Below are positions 53,402 to 64,000 of a stretch of 64,000 nt of DNA, piece by piece. A model generated the notes under the pieces. The model was given only the letters and a program-made list of their open reading frames with translations, made no database searches and was not told where the DNA came from. The position numbers and the translations under genes were made by a program. The stretch is taken from contig CANRIG010000003.1 of the NCBI GenBank assembly GCA_947630595.1, positions 8,640 through 72,639 of the forward strand, read 5' to 3'. Source of the DNA: an uncultured Lachnospiraceae bacterium (GTDB lineage: Bacteria > Bacillota > Clostridia > Lachnospirales > Lachnospiraceae). The first letter of the stretch is position 1. The number at the start of each line of letters is the position of its first letter.

Positions 53402-55331
53402 ATGAACAGGAAAAAACTGCTTTGCCTGCTTATGGCTGCGCTCTGCCTTGGCGGCTGTTCTTCGCAGAAAACGGAGACCGCGGACGAGACGGCAGACGGA
53501 GATAAAACCATCGTTACCATGCTGTATACCAGCGATCTGCCCAATCTGGAAGCGCTGGTGGAGACCACATATCCGGATATCGACCTTCAGATCGAGAGAA
53601 ACGCGGCGGGGACGATCGACGGCGAAACGGAACGCCGTCTGCGCAACGGGCACGGCAGCGACATCGTTGTGTCCACGCTTGCGACAGGCAACGTGGTGAA
53701 TTATCTCGCGGATCTGGGCGCGGATGAATATATCTCGTCCTATCAGTCCGGCATTATGCACAAGACCGCCAGGGACGGGAAAAACTTTTTTATCCCGCTG
53801 CCGGCGCAGTACTACGGGTATATCTACAATGTCACGCTCGCGCGGGAAAACGGCCTGTCCGTTCCCGCGACGCAGGATGAACTGCTGAATATGCTTGAAC
53901 GGGCAAAAGCGGAGCGCATCGGCACGGACCAAAACGGATTTGTCTTCACCGTGAACGGAACGCCCGCCACGACGGCCGCCTTTGTCATTGCGGCGGAGAT
54001 TCCGGATTTCTTCGGACTTCCGGACGGCATCCGGTGGCTGGACGACATGAAAAGCGGGGAAGCCTCTTTCAGCGACTCGCTCGAGACGTGTCTTGATCTG
54101 CCGCTGGAAATGATCGAAAAGGGATATTTGGATTCCCTCCCATTTACCGCTGTTTCCAATTCCGTTCCTGTCCTCGAAAAAATGAGCGGCGGGGAAATGC
54201 TCGTGGCGTTTGACAGCGTCACGATGCTGGATCGTATCCGCAGGGACAGCGATTATGAATTTGACATGCTGCCGATGCTCAGCGATGAGAGCAATCCGGC
54301 CTGGACGGTTTCCATGCCGACGGCTTTCCTCGGCATCAACAAAGCGCTGACCGGGGACGGCGGCGAGGCCCGGCTGGATGCCTGCCGGAGGATTTTCAGC
54401 CTTCTGTCCACGCCGGAAGGACAGGACGCCTTTATGCAGGACAACGGGGCAGCCGACTCGTACCTTGTAGATTATACGCCCGGCCCGGACATCGTCCCGG
54501 ACGGAATCAGGGACTGCATTGAAGAGGGCTATAACTACAATGTCTCGATCTCCAACGATTTTATGCGCTACTTCGGCACCCGCTGCAATACCGTGCTCTG
54601 CGGACAGGCGGATACGGCGTCCGCGCTTGCCGAGGTAGATGAATATATGCAGGACGGCGATACCCAGAGCGCCACGCTGATCGGGACGATCGATCATGAT
54701 ATGATCGTGGAAAACTACAATGTGCGTCTGGAAGAGACGGAGATCGCCAATCTGATCGCCGACGCGGTCCGGGAAGTAACCGGCGCGGATATCGCCGCGG
54801 TGAACGGAGGCTCTATCAGAGGGAGCCTCTATAAAGGCGACGTTTACAGCTACGACCTGGATTATGTCTGCCCCTATGAGAATCATATCGTCGTGCTCGA
54901 AGTGAATGCGGATGTCATAAGGAGCATGCTTTCAAACGGCCTGTCGGCCATGACGCGCGACGGCGGGATACCGGGAGGAAGATTCCTCAATGTTTCGGGC
55001 CTGAAATATTCCTTTGTCCCGCCGGCCGACGATTCCCCGGCGCAGCTTCTCGACGTGACGCTGCCGGACGGCTCGCCGCTCGAGGAAGACGCGGCCTATA
55101 CGATCGCCGTAACGAATTACATGGCGGGAAGCAGCGGATATACCGACAACAACGGCGACGGCTTCACGATGCTCAATGTGTACAGCGACGATGTCCCGAA
55201 AGCCGAAAACGTGAAGCTCGTTCAGGAAACGGAATATACGTTTCACAATGTACTGGAAGAATATATCGTCAGTCATAACGATGGAGAAATCGCATCGCAG
55301 ATTGAGGGAAGGATCACAGCGGTGAAGGAAA

Positions 55332-55339
<8 letters not shown>
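53402..55339 (+). CDS. lipoprotein: solute-binding-protein-like N-domain fused to a 5'-nucleotidase C-terminal (substrate-binding) domain
   Basis: Lipobox LCLGGC|SS. Residues ~30-440 resemble family 1 extracellular solute-binding proteins. C-terminal ~190 aa (EIANLIADAVREVTGADIAAVNGGSIRGSL...VSGLKYSF...YTIAVTNYMAGS) resembles the 5'-nucleotidase C domain. No metallophosphatase domain seen. Confidence 0.7.
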
Positions 55340-57545
<2,206 letters not shown>

Positions 57546-57563
57546 GATGGTCTGGTTGTGGGA

Positions 57564-57663
57564 GAATGTTTTGCGGATGGGAAAAAGTAACGAAATAAGG
57601 AATCATGACTAAGACTGTTTAACTGTGAAAGAATGTTTTGCGGATATGAAAACGGTAACGAAA
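57564..57663 (+). repeat. 32-33-nt direct repeat pair (57564-57595, 57631-57663)
   Basis: GAATGTTTTGCGGATGGGAAAAAGTAACGAAA vs GAATGTTTTGCGGATATGAAAACGGTAACGAAA. Confidence 0.8.
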
Positions 57664-57737
57664 GCAGTATAGCAGACAGTACAGCAAATCGCACAGCAAA
57701 CCATAAAAAACATAAAGAAAGACGGAGGAAAATCGCC

Positions 57738-60422
57738 GTGCACGGACTAAACGGCGCGCCGCCCTGCATTAAAATCCGCGGGGCGAAGGTGCATAATCTG
57801 AAAAATCTCGATGTTGACATACCGCTGAATCAGATCGTCGGTATTGCCGGGGTGTCTGGTTCAGGAAAATCTTCGCTCGCCCTGGGCGTGTTGTATGCGG
57901 AGGGTTCCCGCCGGTATCTGGAAGCGCTTTCCACCTACACGAGGCGGCGGATGACGCAGGCCATGAAAGCGCAGGTGGACGAGGTACGCTATATACCGGC
58001 GGCGCTGGCGCTTCATCAGCGCCCGGGCGTGCCGGGCATCCGCAGCACCTTTGGCACCTCGACGGAGCTGCTGAACAGCCTGCGGCTGATGTTTTCGCGG
58101 CTGGCGAACCATATGTGCCCGAACGGACATTATCTGGAGCCGACGCTGGATGTGGCGGCGGACCGGGAGCTGGTCTGTCCGGTGTGCGGGGAACATTTTT
58201 ACGGGCCGGCTGCGGAGGAGCTGGCCTTTAACAGTCAGGGCGCCTGCGCTTCCTGCGGCGGCACCGGCATTGTGCGCACGGTCGACCGGTCGACGCTGGT
58301 GCCGGACGAGTCGCTTTCGATCGACGAGGGCGCGGTGGCGCCCTGGAATTCGCTGATGTGGTCTTTGATGACGGACGTCTGCCGCGCCATGGGCGTGCGC
58401 ACAAATGTGCCGTTTTCGGAGCTGACGGAAAAAGAGCGGGACATTGTTTACAACGGGCCGCCGGAGAAAAAGCACATTTTCTTCAAGGCCAAGACCACGA
58501 ATGAGGCAGGCGAGATTGACTTTACTTATTTTAACGCCGTCTACACGGTGGAGAATGCGCTGGCCAAGGTCAAGGACGAGAAGGGCATGAAGCGCGTGGA
58601 GAAATTCCTGAAACAGGAGGTGTGCCCGGACTGCGGCGGCACCAGACTCTCCGCGCGCGCCCGCGCGCCGCGGCTGCGGGGGATTTCCCTGGCGCAGGCA
58701 TGCGAAATGACGCTGTCCGAGCTGATCGAATGGATAGCGGGCGTGCCGGCTTCGCTGCCGGACAAGATGCGGCCGATGGCGGAGAGCATCTGCGAGGCTT
58801 TCCAGAGCACGGCCAGACGGCTGGTCGACCTGGGGCTTTCCTATCTGTCGCTGGACCGCGCCGCCTCCACACTGTCCACCGGGGAACGGCAGCGCATGCA
58901 GCTGGCGCGGGCGGTCCGTAACCGGACGACGGGCGTGCTGTACGTGCTGGATGAGCCGTCGATCGGCCTGCACCCCTCCAACATCGAGGGCCTGAAAGGC
59001 GTGATGGACGATCTGGTGGCGGACGGCAATTCGGTGGTGCTGGTGGATCACGATACCCATGTGCTGTCCCATGCGGACTGGATCATCGAGCTCGGCCCGG
59101 AGGCCGGGGCCAGCGGAGGTCGGATTATTGCCGAGGGACCGGTGGATGCGCTGATGCGCAATCCGGCGTCCATGATCGGGCCGTATCTGCTGGCGGAGCA
59201 GGTGGTTCAGGCCGGGCGCACCGGGGAGACAACGGAGAAAAAACTGTTAGAAGAGAAAATAGGAGAAGAAAAAGCAGAAGAAAAAGCAGCAGGGAAAGGA
59301 TTATCAGAGGAAAAACCGAAAGAAGAAAAAACGAAAGAAGAAAAAACGGAAGAAGAAAAAACAACGGAGAAGAAACTGGCAACAGGGAAAGCAGCTGGGG
59401 AAAAACCGGCAGAAATGACAGATTATTTATTCGATTTAGGAGAGATCGGGATGTCAACCGACTGGATTCACACCGTGCAGCCTCTCCATGTGAGATTTCC
59501 GAAAGGCCGGCTGTCCGTGGTCACAGGCGTGTCCGGCTCCGGCAAGACGACGATGGTGCTGGAGAGCCTGATTCCGGCGCTGGAGGCGGAGATTGCCGGG
59601 CGGCCGCTTCCGCAGCATGTGCATGCTGTGCAGGCGAACGGCATCCGTCAGGTCAAGCTGATCGACGCGACGCCGATCGGCATCAACGTCCGCTCCACCG
59701 TGGCCACCTATGCCAACGTCCACGACGAGCTGCGCAAAATCTACGCAAGGACGGAAGATGCGAAGGCAAAGGGCTATAAAGCAGGTGATTTTTCCTATAA
59801 TACCGGAAAACTGCGCTGTCCGACCTGCGACGGCACCGGCACCATCAGCCTTGACGTGCAGTTTCTGCCGGATGTCGACGTTCCGTGCCCGGACTGCCGC
59901 GGTTCGCGCTACGCCAGACAGGCCTTTGGCGTTCTGCGCCCGAAAAAAGGCGGCGCGGCCTGCTCTCTGCCGGAGCTGATGGCCATGAGTGTGGACGAGG
60001 CGCTTGCGGCGTGCAGCGACTTAAAGCTGGTGCACAGCCGCCTTCAGGTGCTGCACGATGTGGGGCTTGGTTATCTGACGCTCGGCGAGGAGACGCCCAG
60101 TCTTTCCGGCGGCGAGGCGCAGCGGCTGAAGCTCGCCAGTGAGATGGGAAAAGGACAGACGGATTCGGTGTTCGTATTTGACGAGCCGACGATCGGCCTG
60201 CATCCGCTCGATGTCCGGACACTGCTGCAGGTGTTCCGGCACCTGATCGATCAGGGAGCCACCGTGATTGTCATTGAGCATGACCTCGATGTGATCCGCA
60301 GCGCCGATTATATCGTCGACATGGGACCGGGCGGCGGCAAACAGGGCGGCCGGGTAGTGGCCGCAGGGACGGCGGAAGAGGTGAAGGCGAACAGGGAGAG
60401 CGTGACCGGGAGGTATCTGTGA
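57738..60422 (+). CDS. UvrA paralog (excinuclease ABC subunit A-like, UvrB-binding domain apparently absent)
   Basis: GTG 57738 after GGAGG (57724-57728), 9-nt spacer; listed ORF starts at 57633. HNLKNLDVDIP, GVSGSGKSSLA, LSTGERQR; second half GVSGSGKTT, LSGGEAQRLKLA, VFDEPTIGLH. The Zn-module Cys pairs CPNGH-x19-CPVC enclose only ~20 residues. Confidence 0.85.
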   Translation: MHGLNGAPPCIKIRGAKVHNLKNLDVDIPLNQIVGIAGVSGSGKSSLALGVLYAEGSRRYLEALSTYTRRRMTQAMKAQVDEVRYIPAALALHQRPGVPGIRSTFGTSTELLNSLRLMFSRLANHMCPNGHYLEPTLDVAADRELVCPVCGEHFYGPAAEELAFNSQGACASCGGTGIVRTVDRSTLVPDESLSIDEGAVAPWNSLMWSLMTDVCRAMGVRTNVPFSELTEKERDIVYNGPPEKKHIFFKAKTTNEAGEIDFTYFNAVYTVENALAKVKDEKGMKRVEKFLKQEVCPDCGGTRLSARARAPRLRGISLAQACEMTLSELIEWIAGVPASLPDKMRPMAESICEAFQSTARRLVDLGLSYLSLDRAASTLSTGERQRMQLARAVRNRTTGVLYVLDEPSIGLHPSNIEGLKGVMDDLVADGNSVVLVDHDTHVLSHADWIIELGPEAGASGGRIIAEGPVDALMRNPASMIGPYLLAEQVVQAGRTGETTEKKLLEEKIGEEKAEEKAAGKGLSEEKPKEEKTKEEKTEEEKTTEKKLATGKAAGEKPAEMTDYLFDLGEIGMSTDWIHTVQPLHVRFPKGRLSVVTGVSGSGKTTMVLESLIPALEAEIAGRPLPQHVHAVQANGIRQVKLIDATPIGINVRSTVATYANVHDELRKIYARTEDAKAKGYKAGDFSYNTGKLRCPTCDGTGTISLDVQFLPDVDVPCPDCRGSRYARQAFGVLRPKKGGAACSLPELMAMSVDEALAACSDLKLVHSRLQVLHDVGLGYLTLGEETPSLSGGEAQRLKLASEMGKGQTDSVFVFDEPTIGLHPLDVRTLLQVFRHLIDQGATVIVIEHDLDVIRSADYIVDMGPGGGKQGGRVVAAGTAEEVKANRESVTGRYL

Positions 60423-60552
60423 TTTCCGACTGGAATTCCGATATTAAGCTGATACCAGTCAATATGAATGAATCCGTCACCAAAATGCATTACCATGTGA
60501 CTGCCGGAGAGTGAGAAAATTCTGTAGTTACTGCAAAAGCAGAAATCCCCGT

Positions 60553-61263
60553 TCACTGCGGCTTCTGCGCAATCACATACCAGGTCGCAGCCTGCCCGTC
60601 CGCCTGTCTGGAAAGCTGGTGGCTGCACTGGAGCAGCTGAAATCCGGCCTGTTCCAGCAGCGCGCAGACGGCTTCGCGGTCGTGCACGGTCTCGCGGATA
60701 GTCTCCTCAAACTGGAGCTTTCCGTTTTCCCAGACGGCCGTTTTCAGGCAGATGAGGCCGCTGCCGTCCTGCGTAATCTGAAACTGTGCTTTGACGGTGT
60801 CGCTGAAGTCGAGATCAATCGGCTCACCCGGCGGCACCTCTTTTTCGTTGAGAAGATCGAAGATGAAGTAGCCCCCGGGATTGAGACAGCCGTAAACGTT
60901 ATGGAAAATCTGCGCCACGTTGGCGAGGCTGATGATGTGGTTCAGGGCGTCGCCGGTGCAGGTGACCAGATCGAAAGATTTTTGCGGACGGTACGAAACC
61001 ATATCGGCGACTTCATAGGCGATGGCGGGACTGCGCTTTCGCGCAATCGCGATCATGCCCTCGGAAAGATCCATGCCGGCGGCCTGAATGCCGTGTGCGT
61101 GCAGAATTTCGCAGAGAACGCCGGTGCCGCAGGCGAGGTCCAGACTGGTGCGGACGACGGCGTGATTTTCCTCAATCCAGAGCAGCAGCTGTTCGCCGAA
61201 CGCTTCCGGGAAATAGTTCCATCCAAATTCGTTGTATACTTTGCAAAAGGCCTCGCTGTACAT
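60553..61263 (-). CDS. class I SAM-dependent methyltransferase
   Basis: 236 aa. Motif I LDLACGTGVL. Convergent with the UvrA paralog. Confidence 0.8.
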   Translation of the reverse strand: MYSEAFCKVYNEFGWNYFPEAFGEQLLLWIEENHAVVRTSLDLACGTGVLCEILHAHGIQAAGMDLSEGMIAIARKRSPAIAYEVADMVSYRPQKSFDLVTCTGDALNHIISLANVAQIFHNVYGCLNPGGYFIFDLLNEKEVPPGEPIDLDFSDTVKAQFQITQDGSGLICLKTAVWENGKLQFEETIRETVHDREAVCALLEQAGFQLLQCSHQLSRQADGQAATWYVIAQKPQ

Positions 61264-61540
61264 GCTTTCCTCCGTTCCGGCTGTGTGACTTTCTCCTTTT
61301 TGCTTGATCCCAATGGTATTTTATCATACTTCTCTCAAAATCCCGAAATGGAAAGAGAGAAAAACTGTCATCTGTAACAGAAAAATCACACCAGCCGGAG
61401 CGTGTTCCCGGGATAAGTCAGTGTGAGACCGGACACCTCCGATACGGCAAAGCCATACTCCTCCAAGAACTGGTGTGACGGTATTATTATAGTGCTACAT
61501 GCATAAAAATGCAAGTATAAGCATACCCGCCACGGGGTTT

Positions 61541-61592
61541 GAATATACGGCTTAGAATATACGGCTTAGAATATACGGCTTAGAATATACGG
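61541..61592 (+). repeat. four tandem 14-bp direct repeats (GAATATACGGCTTA)
   Basis: GAATATACGG cores at 61541, 61555, 61569 and 61583, separated by CTTA. Confidence 0.9.
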
Positions 61593-61603
61593 TTTGACAG
61601 GAA

Positions 61604-61632
61604 ATGACTGGATTTTTCTGCAGGCCTATAGT
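61604..61632 (+). promoter_or_regulatory. candidate promoter of the second hybrid kinase gene
   Basis: ATGACT 61604-61609, 17-nt spacer, TATAGT 61627-61632. A TTGACA at 61594-61599 has no properly spaced -10. Confidence 0.4.
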
Positions 61633-61703
61633 AAAATAAAAAAACTATGACGCATCCGTAAGCCGTACAAAAATATTCGGCGCGCTGCGTGCCGGATTTT
61701 TGT

Positions 61704-64000
61704 ATGGCTTTTCGGGATGGAAAGACGGGAGTGGAAATCTTGAGCGTCGAGAAGAATGAACTTATATATGATATTTACCATGAGAGTCTGGGGCATGAGG
61801 AGATCAATCTTCAGAATCAGGAAATCATCAACGTCATCGGAGAAAACAATTTTATCATCTGTGTGATTGATCTTGAGGACGGACGGTTCCGGGCGCCGCA
61901 CCTGCCGGAGGAAATGCGGGAGCAGTTCGGTTCCGGGCAGGCGTGCTGGGAAGCGCTGGCGGAATATATACGCAGTGACCGCATTCTGCCCTCGGATCGG
62001 GAGGAATTTCAGCAGAAATATTCGCTGGCGGGACTGCAGGACGGCTGGCGACGCGGCGGGGAAGGGCCGGAGATGGTCAGCCGCTGGCTGTTTCAGGAAA
62101 AATACCGCTACATTGTGATAGAAGCGCATTTTTATACGGGACAGAGCGGGAGAGGATATGCGATCCTGACGGTGCAGGATATAGACCGGCGCACGCGCCG
62201 CGAGCTCAAACGGGCGCAGGCGGAAGCGGAGGCGGCGCGTGCGGCCAGCCAGCGCATTGCCATAATCAACAGCCTCAGCGGCATGTTCGGCAGCGCCTAT
62301 TATATCGATCTGGAGCAGGATGAGTTCCACCGGGTTTCCACGCTGGCGGGGGCTGGTGAGATATTCGGGGAAAAGGGGCCGTACTGGCAGCGGATTCAGG
62401 ACTATGCGGCTGCCCGGATTCATCCGGACGACCGGGCGGAATATCTGGAGCGAATGAATCCGCACAGCCTGGCGGCCGCGCTCAGCCAAGAGCATCCGAT
62501 GGAGGTGCTGGAATTTCGTGAGCTGCCGGCTTCTGACGCTGCGGATGATGCGCTTTCTCACACGGCAGACCCTGTGTCTGCCGCTGAGACAGACGCGGCC
62601 GCCCACCGTACGGCCTCCTGCGTGTGGGTCCGGGCGACGGTGACGCTGTGCGAGCTGCGCGAGGGCAGGCCGGCGACTGCGGTTTATGTGACACAGGATG
62701 TGACGGAGAGCAAGCGCAGGGAGGAACAGGAACAGAACGCGCTGCGCGAGGCCTATGAAGCCGCGGAGTATGCGAACGCGGCCAAGAGCGACTTCCTTTC
62801 CCGCATGAGCCATGATATCCGCACGCCGCTCAACGGCATCATCGGCATGACAATCATTGCTGAAAAAAATCTGCAGGATCAGGCGCGGCTTTCGGACTGC
62901 CTGCAAAAGATCACAGTAGCCGGCAATCATCTGCTGGCGCTGGTCAATGAGGTGCTCGATCTGAGCAAGATTGAATCGGGCACCATTGATCTGGCCGAGA
63001 CGCCGCTCAGCCTTTCGCAGCTGATTCAGGATCTGCAGACCATGACGCGCTCCGAGATACAGAACCGGCGCCATATCCTTGAAGTGGATACGGCGGGCCT
63101 CAGCCATGAAAACGTGATCGGCGATCCGATGCGCCTGCAGCAGGTGTTTATGAACCTGCTGAGCAATGCAATGAAATATACGCCCGACGGCGGACGGCTG
63201 CGCCTGCAGGTCAGGGAAAAGTCCGCGCCCGGATATGGGTACGGCTGTTATGAGTTTGTGTTTGAGGACAATGGAATCGGCATGTCGCGCGAATTTCAGC
63301 GGCGGATTTTTGAGCCTTTCGCTCGCGAGGAGGACTCCCGCGTGAGCAGGATCGAGGGCTCCGGCCTGGGTATGACGATTGCGCAGAGCATTGTGCGCAT
63401 GATGAACGGCAGCATCCGCGTGGAGAGCAGGCCGGGACATGGCTCCAAATTTACCATCACGGTATTTCTGCGGCAGCAGGCTTCCGGCGCGGGTGCGGAT
63501 GGTGCCGGGATAGACGGAGCAGGCGCGGACGGTGCCGGGATAGACGGAGCAGGAGCTGCAGGCACAGAAGAAGGCGGCGCAAAAGCAGCTGGTGCCGGTG
63601 TGTTCGGCACAGGTGCAGGTACGGCGGTTGCCGGCGGCAGCGCCTGCCTGACGGAGGAGCGCGATGTGGATTTGTCCGGGCGCAGGATTTTGCTGGCGGA
63701 GGATAACGAGCTCAACCGTGAGATCGCCGAGCAGATCATCGGCTGCATGGGCGTGCAGGTGGAGAGCGTGGCCAACGGCAAAGAGGCGCTGGACCGTTTC
63801 ATGGGGAAAAGGCAGGGCTATTACGACCTGATTTTCATGGATGTGCAGATGCCGGTCATGAACGGCTATGACGCCGCGCGTGCGATCCGCGCCCTGAACC
63901 GGGAGGATGCCGCGCGCATCCCGATCATTGCGATGACGGCCAATGCCTTTAACGACGATGTGATTGCCAGCAGAAACGCCGGCATGAACGAACATATTTC
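61704..64000 (+). CDS. cytoplasmic hybrid sensor histidine kinase/response regulator, 3' end outside window
   Basis: Not in ORF track (no stop in window). My own translation of the + frame is open from 61662. ATG 61704 (alternatives GTG 61731, TTG 61740). H-box [46 protein letters not shown] domain ([10 protein letters not shown]...[10 protein letters not shown]...AMTANAF). No TM segment seen. Confidence 0.85.
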   Translation, partial: MAFRDGKTGVEILSVEKNELIYDIYHESLGHEEINLQNQEIINVIGENNFIICVIDLEDGRFRAPHLPEEMREQFGSGQACWEALAEYIRSDRILPSDREEFQQKYSLAGLQDGWRRGGEGPEMVSRWLFQEKYRYIVIEAHFYTGQSGRGYAILTVQDIDRRTRRELKRAQAEAEAARAASQRIAIINSLSGMFGSAYYIDLEQDEFHRVSTLAGAGEIFGEKGPYWQRIQDYAAARIHPDDRAEYLERMNPHSLAAALSQEHPMEVLEFRELPASDAADDALSHTADPVSAAETDAAAHRTASCVWVRATVTLCELREGRPATAVYVTQDVTESKRREEQEQNALREAYEAAEYANAAKSDFLSRMSHDIRTPLNGIIGMTIIAEKNLQDQARLSDCLQKITVAGNHLLALVNEVLDLSKIESGTIDLAETPLSLSQLIQDLQTMTRSEIQNRRHILEVDTAGLSHENVIGDPMRLQQVFMNLLSNAMKYTPDGGRLRLQVREKSAPGYGYGCYEFVFEDNGIGMSREFQRRIFEPFAREEDSRVSRIEGSGLGMTIAQSIVRMMNGSIRVESRPGHGSKFTITVFLRQQASGAGADGAGIDGAGADGAGIDGAGAAGTEEGGAKAAGAGVFGTGAGTAVAGGSACLTEERDVDLSGRRILLAEDNELNREIAEQIIGCMGVQVESVANGKEALDRFMGKRQGYYDLIFMDVQMPVMNGYDAARAIRALNREDAARIPIIAMTANAFNDDVIASRNAGMNEHI

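Noticed and set aside
57633-57737. ATG 57633 as the start of the UvrA paralog
   Set aside because: No RBS. The extension is encoded by the duplicated leader repeat. GTG 57738 has GGAGG upstream and matches the usual UvrA N-terminus spacing.
61626-63995. 789-aa minus-strand ORF, the only long ORF listed for this region
   Set aside because: The opposite strand in the same codon register encodes unmistakable histidine kinase and receiver motifs. The + ORF is missing from the track only because it has no stop inside the window.

Overview
High-GC Clostridia-type (Firmicutes) chromosomal window, judged from gene content, AGGAGG-type RBSs and the order rpmG-secE-nusG-rplKA / rplJL-rpoBC / rpsLG-fusA-tuf. 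About 50 protein genes, nearly all on the + strand. 0-13.9 kb: tail of an opp ATPase pair, two tandem CocE/NonD hydrolases, then a catabolic cluster (split AtuA-like protein, family III CoA-transferase, thiolase, then a lower-GC SDR / split transketolase / FGGY kinase module). 14-23.4 kb: mixed genes (L,D-transpeptidase-like, Zn-ADH, SDR, a 53-aa N/S/K-rich small ORF absent from the ORF track, rhodanese, two MJ0936-type phosphoesterases, THUMP methyltransferase, secreted papain-like peptidase, RdgB). 23.8-36.3 kb and 48.5-53.1 kb: the transcription/translation core. It is interrupted by a PfkB kinase between rplA and rplJ and by a ~12 kb xylo-oligosaccharide island between rpoC and rpsL. 53.4-64 kb: solute-binding/5'-nucleotidase-C fusion lipoprotein coupled to a hybrid histidine kinase, a UvrA paralog, a methyltransferase, and a second hybrid kinase on the + strand that runs off the window (not in the ORF track; the listed 789-aa minus ORF is its shadow). 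I found no rRNA, tRNA, CRISPR array, transposase, integrase, phage gene or recognisable defence gene. I cannot name one new system with confidence. The most unusual content is: (i) an ~80-nt structured repeat present at two loci; (ii) several short-period degenerate tandem arrays in intergenic DNA, two of them in inverted orientation around an SDR gene plus the small ORF; (iii) the uncharacterised AtuA-like/CoA module joined to a lower-GC sugar module; (iv) the lipoprotein-kinase pair; (v) the UvrA paralog with a low-GC K/E-rich in-frame insertion. Many long listed ORFs are antisense or off-frame shadows of high-GC genes.
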